Assembly (NCBI GenBank): GCA_963674965.2
Contig: CAXXFL010000005.1
Span: 672,001 to 736,000 of the forward strand
DNA from: a bacterium
GTDB lineage: Bacteria; RBG-13-61-14; DATKZS01
DNA length: 64,000 bases
Direction of reading: 5' to 3'
Below, one piece after another: positions 9,074 to 17,637 of this stretch. The position numbers were made by a program, and so were the translations under genes. How positions within the stretch are numbered: position 1 is the first letter of the stretch; each line of letters begins with the position of its first letter. The notes below the pieces were generated by a model, which saw only the letters and a list, made by a program, of their open reading frames with translations, ran no database searches and was not told the DNA's origin.

Positions 9074-9988
9074 TTGCCGAACATTTTTTGGACGGGAGAC
9101 CTGTCCTTTTCGATCAAGCTCATGATGAACTTCAACGGCGCCGTCGCGTGGTTGCTCAAGGAGATGAATGACGTCGAGTCCATGAAGAAGAGGATTCGCC
9201 GGGGCTTCGAGGGAGTTTCCTCAAGCTTGCTGTGGCGCTACGACGAGCTCGGCGGTCCCAATTACGAGCGGATAGCCAGGGCCCTTATCGAGGACGAAAA
9301 GGTCGAGGGCAAAAAAATCATGGACATGGGCTGCGGCACGGGCATACTGGCCTTCGCTCTCCTCGAGAAGGGCGCTTCCCAGGTGGTCTGCGCCGACAAC
9401 TGCAAGAGGATGCTGTCCGATTGCAAGGAAAAGGCGGACAACCTTGGCTTGGACCAGCGGCGGATTGAATACCGTATGATTGACGCCGAGGCAATCCCCA
9501 TCGGCAACGACTCTTTTGACGCGGTATACTCGAGCATGTTGTTTGCCCTTCTTCCTTATCCCGAGAGGGCCCTGAGCGAGATGAGAAGCGTCGCCAAGCC
9601 CGGCGCCACGATCGGCGTCGCGGCCCAGGGACCCGGCCACTACCGCGAGTTTATCGAGGCCGGCGCGCGAGCTTTATCCTTTAAGCACAAAATGAAGTTC
9701 CTGGGTTACCGCCCGGAGTATTGGCCCTTTACGGAGAAGCGTCTCAAGAAACTTTTCTGGCAAGTGGAGCTTCACCAGACCAGGACCAGGACCATGACCT
9801 GGACCGATGAATTCGCGAGCGGATCGGAGGCCTTCGATTATTACGCGGCCACCTCGGGACTGTGGGGGCTCAATTACCTGTCGGAAAAGGAGCGCGACGA
9901 GGTGGCGGCGGCCACGCGCGAATACTTCGAGAAGAAGAAGATAAAACGGGTAACCCACGACGTGGTGTTGGCTATAGGCGAGAAGTAA
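9074..9988 (+). CDS. Class I SAM-dependent methyltransferase
   Basis: IMDMGCGTG motif I, DAEAIPIGNDSFDAV, AKPGA. Confidence 0.88.
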   Translation: MPNIFWTGDLSFSIKLMMNFNGAVAWLLKEMNDVESMKKRIRRGFEGVSSSLLWRYDELGGPNYERIARALIEDEKVEGKKIMDMGCGTGILAFALLEKGASQVVCADNCKRMLSDCKEKADNLGLDQRRIEYRMIDAEAIPIGNDSFDAVYSSMLFALLPYPERALSEMRSVAKPGATIGVAAQGPGHYREFIEAGARALSFKHKMKFLGYRPEYWPFTEKRLKKLFWQVELHQTRTRTMTWTDEFASGSEAFDYYAATSGLWGLNYLSEKERDEVAAATREYFEKKKIKRVTHDVVLAIGEK

Positions 9989-10001
9989 GATCGGCCGATT
10001 C

Positions 10002-10673
10002 TTATCCGATGAATTCCTTAACTCCCTTGTAGGTCCTTCTGTGCGCCGGGCAAGGTCCCAGGCTCGCGATGGCCTTTTTGTGCGCGGCCGTGGGATAGCC
10101 TTTATGGGTACCAAACCCATAGCCGGGATAGAGCTTGTCCATCTCGATCATAATCCGGTCTCTCACCACCTTGGCCACGATCGAGGCGGCGGCGATGGAC
10201 AGGCAGATTCTGTCGCCCTTTACGACGGGCTTGGAGGGGACCCGGGATGGAAGCGGCTGGTTGCCGTCCACCAGGCAAAGGTCGGCCGCTGGATTAAGGC
10301 CCTCGACGGCCTCCCTCATGGCGTCCAGACTGGCGGCCAGGATATTGGTCTCGTCGATATACGCGGGCTCGCGAAGGGCCCAGGCGACGCCCAGCGCGTT
10401 CGAGGCTATGACCTCGTACAGCTCGGCCCGGCTTTCATGGCTAAGCAGCTTCGAGTCCCGAATCCCTCGGAATATCGACCTTTCATCCTCGTCCGCCGGC
10501 AGTATGACGGCCGCCGCCACCACGGGACCGGCGAGAGGTCCTCTTCCGGCCTCGTCCACCCCGGCGATCCTCGAGGCTCCCGCGCCCAGGTAACGACTCT
10601 CGATCCGATAGGACGGGCAATTATCGGCGCCTTCAAGTCCGGGAAAGAGGGGAAAAGTACTTTTTCCCGCCAT
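10002..10673 (-). CDS. rnhB: Ribonuclease HII
   Basis: AGVDEAGRGPLAGPV, DSK, VDGN, SIAAASIVAKVVRD, HKGYPT. Confidence 0.97.
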   Translation of the reverse strand: MAGKSTFPLFPGLEGADNCPSYRIESRYLGAGASRIAGVDEAGRGPLAGPVVAAAVILPADEDERSIFRGIRDSKLLSHESRAELYEVIASNALGVAWALREPAYIDETNILAASLDAMREAVEGLNPAADLCLVDGNQPLPSRVPSKPVVKGDRICLSIAAASIVAKVVRDRIMIEMDKLYPGYGFGTHKGYPTAAHKKAIASLGPCPAHRRTYKGVKEFIG

Positions 10674-10676
10674 GTT

Positions 10677-12989
10677 CTATTCCAGGTGGAGGGTATGGTC
10701 GGCGTATTGAACGGGGGAGCGCTGGGATGAAAGAAGGATCAACTGAGAGGTCTCGCTTACTCTTTTAAAAGCCTTGGCGGCCACGGTGGCGGCGTTTTCA
10801 TCCAGCCTGAGAAAGGCGTCGTCCAGTATGATGGGCAGGTGTCTTTTCTGTATGGCCAACTCGAGCAGGGTGATCTGAAGGGCAAGATAAACGTTGTCCC
10901 GAGCCGCGGGGCTGAGCTTGTCGAAGTCGATCCAGCGGTTGCCCTCGGCGGTCTTGAGCGCCACCGATCCGTCCGGGTCCACCCTGGCCTCGACGTATCT
11001 TTTGCCGAAGAAGGCCTGCACGTAAAGGTCGAACCTTTTTTGCAGGTGAGACAGGAGCTTGTTTCTTTCCGTGTCGAAGAGGGCCGCGCCGTTTTTTAAA
11101 AGGTCCTCGTAGGCCTCGGGCGCGCTTCTGACGGTTTGAACTCGTTTTCTTTTCATTCGGGTCGAGGTCCCGCCCCCGGTACCGCCCGGCGAGGATTCTC
11201 CGCCCAGGTTGGGCACTCCAAGTCCCTCGGCTTTCTTTTCCGCCTCTTTCAGGACTTTCGAGTTGGGGTTGGTCATCTTTATTTTCGCCAGCAGTCCCTC
11301 GAGTTCCCTTTTCATTTCCATGGCGTCGCCCGAAAAGGATGGGTATTTCCTGAGTTGATTCTCGCATTCCTCGATCTTGGACCTTAGTTCCTTCTCTTTT
11401 TTCTCGAGGGCGTCCATGTCCAGCTCGGCGATGAGCTTATTTTTTCTCTCAAGGACCGACTCGTAGCGGGCGGATAAGTCCTGATACTTCTCCAGCTTTG
11501 CCCTAAGCTCCTCGGGCGTGTCCGAATCGCTGTCGTTCATAAGCTTGTCAATTACCGCCGTCTCAACCTCGAAACGCTTGATAACCGACTGCCGCTTTTC
11601 GTTCAACTCGTCCAGTTTTTCCTCGATCGTGGCTTTTTTGCCCATGCGGTCGATATGCATCCAGCCAGTGACGGCCGTCAAGCCGACCCCGCCTAAAAGA
11701 CCAAGAACGGCGACGTACAAAAGCGGCCCTATATCCATGCGCTGGTAAAGAAAGAACGAGGCTATGGCCCCAACGAAGAGTCCAACCCCGATAAGAAAAT
11801 ACTGCTGCTTGAAAATGGGAGGAAAGGACTTAAGGCCGCCCAGTTCCTCGTCGTACACCAGGGCTTCCTTGTCTATTTTATCTATTTCCTGGCCCTGGAT
11901 GCTGACGAGGTCCTTATACCTGTCGAGTCTCTCGAAAATCTTTTCCGGAAGTCTTTTAAACGCCTTGTATACGTCAAGCTGCTCCTTGGCCTGATTCAAG
12001 AACTCGTCAAATTGAGTGGCGTTCTTCTTTTTGGACTCGACGTCGAATATCTTTTGCTGATACCCGTCAATTTCGTATTGAATCTCCTCGACTTTCTCGG
12101 CCGTTTGAAGTTCTTCCCGTATTTTTACCACCCGTTTTTCGCGTTCCTCCGGGGTCATTCCGTCGTCCATGCCATGGCCCATGCCGGGCATTCCACTCAT
12201 ACCCGGCATGCCTCCCATCCCCGGCATCGTGCCCGGCATCCCCGGCATCATGGCCCCGGGCATGGCCGCCCCCGGCATCCCCGGCATCATGGCCCCGGGC
12301 ATCGCGGCCCCCGGCATTCCCGGCATCATGGCCCCGGGCATGGCCGCCCCCGGCATCCCCGGCATCATGGCCCCGGGCATGGCGGCCCCCGGCATTCCGG
12401 GCATCATGGCCCCGGGCATGGCCGCCCCCGGCATCCCCATGGGCGGGGCCTGTTGTCCGCCCGGTCCGAGGGGGGCCGTCATGTCGGGGTTAGCCGAGAG
12501 ACCGGGTCCGGCGACGGGATCTTCATCGTCATCGTCAGGGGGAGTCAGGGGAAGGGCCGAGGGCATTTTCACGGTCGAGGAGATGAAGATGGACCTGTAA
12601 ACGTTGAAAGAAGGCAGGGCAAGGGTCGAGTTAAGCATGGCCGCGGCCTGCGCGGCGTCGGCGGCCACGGGCTCGAATTTCTTGGTCGCCGGACTGTAGT
12701 GGGTCAGGCTTACCCGCTCGGACTTGTAGTCCTTCAGCACGCGGTAAACCTCTCTTCCGCTGCTGATGGTCAAGCCGGCCCTCGAGGAATCAACCTCTCC
12801 CCAGCTCAAGAACGCCGTATCGTCATCCTTGACGCGGTCGGGGAACAACAGGTCCAGCAGGCAATCCACCAAGGTGGTCTTGCCCGTCTCAGTGGGTCCG
12901 TATACCACGTTGAATCCGGGCTTGAGAGGGAACTTCCTGCTCTGGTTGAACCTTCTCACGCCCTGCAGCACCAGTTCCATCACGTGCAT
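10677..12989 (-). CDS. Rad50/SbcC/YhaN-like split ABC ATPase with coiled coils, two TM helices and a Pro-Gly-Met repeat insert
   Basis: N-terminal GPTETGKT Walker A; C-terminal KLSPAARDNVYLAL...LPIILDDAFLRLD; coiled coils; hydrophobic hairpin YFLIGVGLFVGAIASFFLY/LLYVAVLGLLGGVGLTAV. Confidence 0.8.
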   Translation of the reverse strand: MHVMELVLQGVRRFNQSRKFPLKPGFNVVYGPTETGKTTLVDCLLDLLFPDRVKDDDTAFLSWGEVDSSRAGLTISSGREVYRVLKDYKSERVSLTHYSPATKKFEPVAADAAQAAAMLNSTLALPSFNVYRSIFISSTVKMPSALPLTPPDDDDEDPVAGPGLSANPDMTAPLGPGGQQAPPMGMPGAAMPGAMMPGMPGAAMPGAMMPGMPGAAMPGAMMPGMPGAAMPGAMMPGMPGAAMPGAMMPGMPGTMPGMGGMPGMSGMPGMGHGMDDGMTPEEREKRVVKIREELQTAEKVEEIQYEIDGYQQKIFDVESKKKNATQFDEFLNQAKEQLDVYKAFKRLPEKIFERLDRYKDLVSIQGQEIDKIDKEALVYDEELGGLKSFPPIFKQQYFLIGVGLFVGAIASFFLYQRMDIGPLLYVAVLGLLGGVGLTAVTGWMHIDRMGKKATIEEKLDELNEKRQSVIKRFEVETAVIDKLMNDSDSDTPEELRAKLEKYQDLSARYESVLERKNKLIAELDMDALEKKEKELRSKIEECENQLRKYPSFSGDAMEMKRELEGLLAKIKMTNPNSKVLKEAEKKAEGLGVPNLGGESSPGGTGGGTSTRMKRKRVQTVRSAPEAYEDLLKNGAALFDTERNKLLSHLQKRFDLYVQAFFGKRYVEARVDPDGSVALKTAEGNRWIDFDKLSPAARDNVYLALQITLLELAIQKRHLPIILDDAFLRLDENAATVAAKAFKRVSETSQLILLSSQRSPVQYADHTLHLE
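12232..12440 (-). repeat. 39-bp in-frame tandem repeat x5 encoding PGAAMPGAMMPGM
   Basis: Units start at 12232, 12271, 12310, 12349 and 12388, differing by synonymous changes; flanked by degenerate MPGM units. Confidence 0.95.
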
Positions 12990-13108
12990 ATCGGGCTCTC
13001 CCGCGTTGGACCGTTTTGCCCTGAGGCGCCTCGTCCAGATTATTCCAGGTTATCGATAAGCCGGGTGGACCTTCCACCCGACGTTAACGCGCAACCGAGA
13101 CGAACAAG

Positions 13109-13456
13109 CTAAACCTGACGTTTCTCTTTGATACGCGCCGCCTTGCCCCTCCTCTGACGAAGGTAATAAAGCCGGGAGCGGCGCACTTTGCCCCTTTGCT
13201 TGATCTCGACCTTCTCGATAAGCGGGCTGTAAAAGGGGAAAATCTTTTCCACGCCGATGCCGTAGCTTATCTTGCGCACGGTAAAGGTGCTCCTCGATCC
13301 GGCGCCCTTCATCTTGATGACCACGCCCTCGAAGACCTGGATTCGGCTTTTATCGCCTTCCTGAATCCGCTGATGCACGCGAACCGTGTCTCCCGACCTG
13401 AAATCGGGAGCGTCCTTTTTCTTCATCGATTCCTCGATCGCTTGAAGCCTCTTCAT
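13109..13456 (-). CDS. rplS: 50S ribosomal protein L19
   Basis: [11 protein letters not shown]...[10 protein letters not shown]...[13 protein letters not shown]...[21 protein letters not shown]. Confidence 0.98.
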   Translation of the reverse strand: MKRLQAIEESMKKKDAPDFRSGDTVRVHQRIQEGDKSRIQVFEGVVIKMKGAGSRSTFTVRKISYGIGVEKIFPFYSPLIEKVEIKQRGKVRRSRLYYLRQRRGKAARIKEKRQV

Positions 13457-13543
13457 GGCCCAAACTCCTTCCTGTTTTATTATAACATCATGTACCACGC
13501 GCCCGTCAAAGTTGCCTCTGATTAAAACGGGCGGATAGCTTTT

Positions 13544-14116
13544 TCATCCCAGCAGCCGGTCGATTATTATCGCGGCCGCCGTCCGCACCGAGAGGTGGTT
13601 GTATTCCGCCTCTCCTCTTATCGGCTCGAGGACAAGGTCGGCGACCTGGTCCAGATACCCTGGCTCGACGCCCCATCCCGTTCCGAAAACTATAAGCCAC
13701 GAGCCGCCCTCGCCCATTCTCTCGCGAAGCTCGCCGGCCGAAACCGTATCTTCTTTTCTCCGGGCGCTGGTCCCCACGATGGTGGGACGACGCCCGGTTT
13801 CTCTTTCAATGGCCGCCAGCGCTTCCTCGAGCTCGCCCACCAGGGTCACCTTTTCAAAGGCCTCCTTGCGGGTGACGTTATAGCCGCCTCCGTGACCCTC
13901 CCGCCAGTAGGAGATCAGCTTCCTTACCAGCCTTTGCTGGAGCTCGAGCGGCTGGATCACGAAGTATCCCGCCAAATCGTAAGTCCTGGCCAGACGCGCG
14001 ATATCGTGGAGGTCCATGTTGGTAACCGCCGTGGTGATTACGCGGCCTCCCTTGTCAAGCGTCGGATAATGAAGAAGACCGACGTATACGCGGCCCGCCG
14101 TCTCTTTCAATCCCAC
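13544..14116 (-). CDS. SPOUT-type SAM-dependent RNA methyltransferase (domain often fused to the TrmD C-terminus)
   Basis: LLHYP..DK.G..ITTAVTNMDLHDIAR..RTY; FGTGWG; YNHLSVRTAAAIIIDRL. Confidence 0.88.
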   Translation of the reverse strand: MGLKETAGRVYVGLLHYPTLDKGGRVITTAVTNMDLHDIARLARTYDLAGYFVIQPLELQQRLVRKLISYWREGHGGGYNVTRKEAFEKVTLVGELEEALAAIERETGRRPTIVGTSARRKEDTVSAGELRERMGEGGSWLIVFGTGWGVEPGYLDQVADLVLEPIRGEAEYNHLSVRTAAAIIIDRLLG

Positions 14117-14850
14117 GCCTTGTCGCCTTCATTCAAAAGCTCGGCCAAAAGCTCTTTTTCCTCATCGTCCAGCGGCCAGGACCCGATAAGGTCGGGCCGC
14201 CTTTCCATGGTGCGCCTGAGACTTTCCTTTTTCCGCCACCGCCTCACCTTCTCGTGATGCCCGGAAAGCAGGACCTCGGGTACTTTTACCCCCTCGAACT
14301 CCGCGGGCCTAGTATACTGCGGATACTCGAGACGGTGGGGAAAGGAGTCATCCTCCGCCGAGACCGCGTTGCCCAGGACCCCGGGAACGAGTCGCGATAC
14401 CGCGTCGATTATCACCACCGCCGCCGGCTCGCCCCCGCTTAACACGTAGTCGCCTATGGATATCTCCCGGTCCACCGCCATGGCGACGGCCCGCTCGTCG
14501 ATCCCGGCGTAATGGCCGCACACGATTATGAGGCCCGACAACGACGCGAGCTCGGTGGCCATGTCCTGGTCCAGCCTCCGGCCCTGCGGGCTGGTCAAAA
14601 CCACAGGGGAATGGGGGGCCAGCTCCTTCGCCGCCCGAACGGCCCGGACCACCGGCTCGGGTTTCATCACCATGCCGTCTCCGCCGCCAAAGGGGGAGTC
14701 GTCGGCCGCCTTGTGTTTTCCCTCCGTCCAATCGCGGAGGTCATGCACGACGACCTCGATCTTGCCCGCCTGCCGGGCCCGGCCCACGATGCTCTCGGAC
14801 GCCGGGGCCACGACCATCTCCGGGAAAAGCGTTATCACGTCGAAGCGCAT
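14107..14850 (-). CDS. trmD: tRNA (guanine-N1)-methyltransferase TrmD
   Basis: TLFPEM, DDSPFGGGDGMVMKPEP, CGHYAGIDER, SIGDYVLSGGE, YPQYTRP. Confidence 0.98.
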   Translation of the reverse strand: MRFDVITLFPEMVVAPASESIVGRARQAGKIEVVVHDLRDWTEGKHKAADDSPFGGGDGMVMKPEPVVRAVRAAKELAPHSPVVLTSPQGRRLDQDMATELASLSGLIIVCGHYAGIDERAVAMAVDREISIGDYVLSGGEPAAVVIIDAVSRLVPGVLGNAVSAEDDSFPHRLEYPQYTRPAEFEGVKVPEVLLSGHHEKVRRWRKKESLRRTMERRPDLIGSWPLDDEEKELLAELLNEGDKAWD

Positions 14851-14863
14851 GCCGGCCTTGCTT

Positions 14864-15394
14864 CTAATTGTCAGTGAGCCCGGGAACCTCGTATACCACG
14901 AGTTTCCTCGCTTCCAGGTCTATGGCCGCCACCGAGCTCTCGGCGACGGGAATCAGTATCTCGCCCTCGGTCCCGGCCACCACGAAAAGGTCCGCCCCGC
15001 CAAGCTCGGGCGCGGTTTCCTCCATCCTTATAACCTCGCCGAGCGATCTTCCCGAGTCGGTCTCGACGGCCAGGCCGATGAGTTGGTACCAGTAATACTC
15101 GCCTTCCTCGAGGGGCTCGAGCGCCTCCTCGGGGGCCACCACCTCGCGTCCCCGCAGGGACTCGGCCGCGTTTCTGTCCCTTATTCCCTCAAGGGCCAGA
15201 ACGATCTGGTTTTTATGCCGCCTTGCGGCCAGGACCTTGAAATACTCGGGCTCGGGGCCGCCGTCCTCCTCTCGAATCCAGACCCCCTCGGCCGAGTCGA
15301 ACCAGGTCGTCAGCCGGTTAAGGGGCGTCACTCTCAGGTCGCCCCGAACGCCGAAGGGGCGTCCCACTTTGCCCAGGGGCACGTAGTTTTTCAT
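14864..15394 (-). CDS. rimM: Ribosome maturation factor RimM
   Basis: GRPFGVRG, DRNAAESLRG, EGEYYWYQLIGL, EILIP; operon position. Confidence 0.95.
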   Translation of the reverse strand: MKNYVPLGKVGRPFGVRGDLRVTPLNRLTTWFDSAEGVWIREEDGGPEPEYFKVLAARRHKNQIVLALEGIRDRNAAESLRGREVVAPEEALEPLEEGEYYWYQLIGLAVETDSGRSLGEVIRMEETAPELGGADLFVVAGTEGEILIPVAESSVAAIDLEARKLVVYEVPGLTDN

Positions 15395-15422
15395 GGACGC
15401 CGACCCCAGGCCCCAGGCCTCC

Positions 15423-15650
15423 TCAGCCGGGTATCTCGAGGACAGGCTTCTGGTCAGAGGCCGCCGCCGCCTTGAGAAGGGTCCGGATGGCCTGGATGGT
15501 CTGACCCTCCCGGCCGATGACCCGTCCCCTGTCGTCGGGGGCCACCTGAAGCTCGTAAACCACGGTCTTGCCGCCGGGAATCACCCGGACCTCGACCTGA
15601 CCCGGGTCGTCCACCAGGTTCTCGGCGATGTAGCTGATAAGTTTCTCCAT
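15423..15650 (-). CDS. khpA: KH-domain RNA-binding protein KhpA
   Basis: LVDDP...VAPDDRGRVIGREGQTIQAIRTLL; lies between rpsP and rimM. Confidence 0.93.
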   Translation of the reverse strand: MEKLISYIAENLVDDPGQVEVRVIPGGKTVVYELQVAPDDRGRVIGREGQTIQAIRTLLKAAAASDQKPVLEIPG

Positions 15651-15668
15651 TTACCCTTCTCCGGCCGG

Positions 15669-15977
15669 TTAAGCGCCGCTCTCCTCGCCGGCGGGGGCCT
15701 CGCTCGAAACGGGCTTTTTCGCCTCGGCCCGAGCCTTCAGCAATCCCTCGCCGCGGAGGATTTCCTTGACCGCGTCGCTGGGAAGAGCGCCCACGTCGAG
15801 CCAGTGGTTGACGCGGTCGATCTTGATGTTGACCACTTTCTTTTCGGCCCTGGGATTGATGGTGCCCAGCTTCTCGAGGAAACGGCCGTCCCTGGGCGAC
15901 TTGGTGTCCGACGCCACGATCCAGTGGTAAGGACGCTTATGGGTCCCGGCCCTGGCCAATCTAAGTTTTACCGACAT
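15669..15977 (-). CDS. rpsP: 30S ribosomal protein S16
   Basis: MSVKLRLARAG.HKRPY.IVASD..SPRDGRFLEKLG. Confidence 0.97.
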   Translation of the reverse strand: MSVKLRLARAGTHKRPYHWIVASDTKSPRDGRFLEKLGTINPRAEKKVVNIKIDRVNHWLDVGALPSDAVKEILRGEGLLKARAEAKKPVSSEAPAGEESGA

Positions 15978-16035
15978 GTTCCTTTTCAAACCTCCCTGGG
16001 ACATGGTCCCGATTGAATAAGACCCCGGGCGCTCC

Positions 16036-17361
16036 TCATCCGAGACCCGGGATGGAGAATCCACCCTTCTTGTTCATCTTTTTCATCATGGTCTTCATGG
16101 TCATATAATTCTTCACCAGCCGGTTCACGTCCTGGACCTTGGTGCCCGAGCCCGAGGCGATCCTTCTTCTCCGGCTGGCGTTCAGTATCTTGTAGTTTCT
16201 TCTTTCCTTTATAGTCATCGAGTTGATTATGGCCTCGGTCTTCTTGATTTCCTTTTCCGCGGCCATGCCGTCGATCTTTTTCAACTGGGACCCGAGGCCT
16301 GGAATCATGCCCAGCACGTCCTGGACGGACCCCATTTTATTGAGCTGGCGGAGGGCCTCCTGGAAGTCCTCGAGGCTGAACTCGTTCTTGCGCATGCGGC
16401 GTTCCATTTCCGCCGCTTTTTTCTCGTCGATAAGTTTCTCGGCCCGCTCGATGAGAGTGAGGATGTCGCCCATGTCCAGGATGCGTCCGGCCATGCGCTC
16501 GGGATGGAAGGGCTCGAGCTGATCGAGCTTTTCTCCCACGCCCACCAGCTTGATGGGCTTGCCCGTGACCGCCTTGATCGAGAGCGCCGCGCCGCCCCTG
16601 GCGTCGCCGTCGAGCTTGGTCAGCACCACGCCGGTCACGTCCAGGGCCTCGTTAAAGGCCTCGGCCACGGTGACCGCGTCCTGGCCGGTCATGGCGTCGG
16701 CCACCAGGAGGACCTCGGCCGGCTTGATCCGGGCCTTCATCCTCCTTAGCTCGTCCATCAGCTCGACGTCGACGTGGAGTCTTCCGGCCGTGTCCACGAT
16801 GACCGTGTCCAGGGCCTGGTTCCGGGCCATCTCGACGGCCTGGGCCGCTATTTCGACCGGGTCCATGTCCGTGGTCGCCTGGAAGGCCGGGACCTCGATC
16901 CTCTGGGCCAGGACTTTTAACTGATCGATGGCCGCGGGCCTGTATACGTCGGCCGGGACCAGAAGGGGGCTTCTTTTGCGCTCGTTTTTAAGATGAAGAG
17001 CTATCTTCGAGGCGGAGGTGGTTTTACCCGAGCCCTGAAGCCCGACCAGCATGATAACCGCGGGAGGGGCCACCTTTAAGTTTATCTCGTCAAGGGACTC
17101 GCCCATCAGAGCGATCAACTCGCGCTGGAAAAGACGGACGAACTGCTGGCCCGGCGTGAGGCTCTCCATCACCTCCTTGCCGATGGCCTTTTCCTTGACC
17201 TGCTTGAGGAAGTTCTTGGCCACGCGATAATTGACGTCGGCCTCGAGGAGATGAGTCCTTATCTCCTTCAAGGTCTCGTCGATGTTCTTCTCGGTCAGCT
17301 TCCCGTGTCCGCGAAGCTTTTTAAAAGTCTCCGAGAGTTTATCCGTCAGATTATCGAACAT
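16036..17361 (-). CDS. ffh: Signal recognition particle protein Ffh
   Basis: LLEADV, GLQGSGKTT, DTAGR, TKLDGDARGG, PFHPERMAGRILDMGD, M domain. Confidence 0.98.
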   Translation of the reverse strand: MFDNLTDKLSETFKKLRGHGKLTEKNIDETLKEIRTHLLEADVNYRVAKNFLKQVKEKAIGKEVMESLTPGQQFVRLFQRELIALMGESLDEINLKVAPPAVIMLVGLQGSGKTTSASKIALHLKNERKRSPLLVPADVYRPAAIDQLKVLAQRIEVPAFQATTDMDPVEIAAQAVEMARNQALDTVIVDTAGRLHVDVELMDELRRMKARIKPAEVLLVADAMTGQDAVTVAEAFNEALDVTGVVLTKLDGDARGGAALSIKAVTGKPIKLVGVGEKLDQLEPFHPERMAGRILDMGDILTLIERAEKLIDEKKAAEMERRMRKNEFSLEDFQEALRQLNKMGSVQDVLGMIPGLGSQLKKIDGMAAEKEIKKTEAIINSMTIKERRNYKILNASRRRRIASGSGTKVQDVNRLVKNYMTMKTMMKKMNKKGGFSIPGLG

Positions 17362-17637
17362 GTAACTTCCTAAAATAAAACAAGAACAGGACGCAAATTG
17401 CCCTCTTGGCGCCCAATGGACCCACGGCAAAACAAACGAAACAATTGAAGTATTAAAGAATACAGCCAATTATCCGGATTGTCAAGGACCGGCGTTTCGT
17501 TGTTGAACGGGATCAATACCCTCGGAGAAGATAGTCGCGGATTTATCATATGCGCGGACAATCGGGCGCTTTGGAGAAAAAACGGACAATTTCGGACTTC
17601 ATTTTTCATTGCTTTTCAGATGAAAATCTGCTAAATA

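Noticed and set aside
12232-12440. Possible CRISPR array
   Set aside because: Contiguous in-frame tandem units without unique spacers, and no cas genes.
12012-13112. His-rich (RHHGPGH) and IPGIMAPG repeat ORFs on the + strand
   Set aside because: Alternative-frame readings of the 39-bp repeat; unit variation is synonymous in the minus-strand ATPase frame.
17385-17460. GACGCAAA/GGCAAA words resembling a c-di-GMP-I riboswitch
   Set aside because: Wrong order, no supporting stems, and on the strand opposite ffh.
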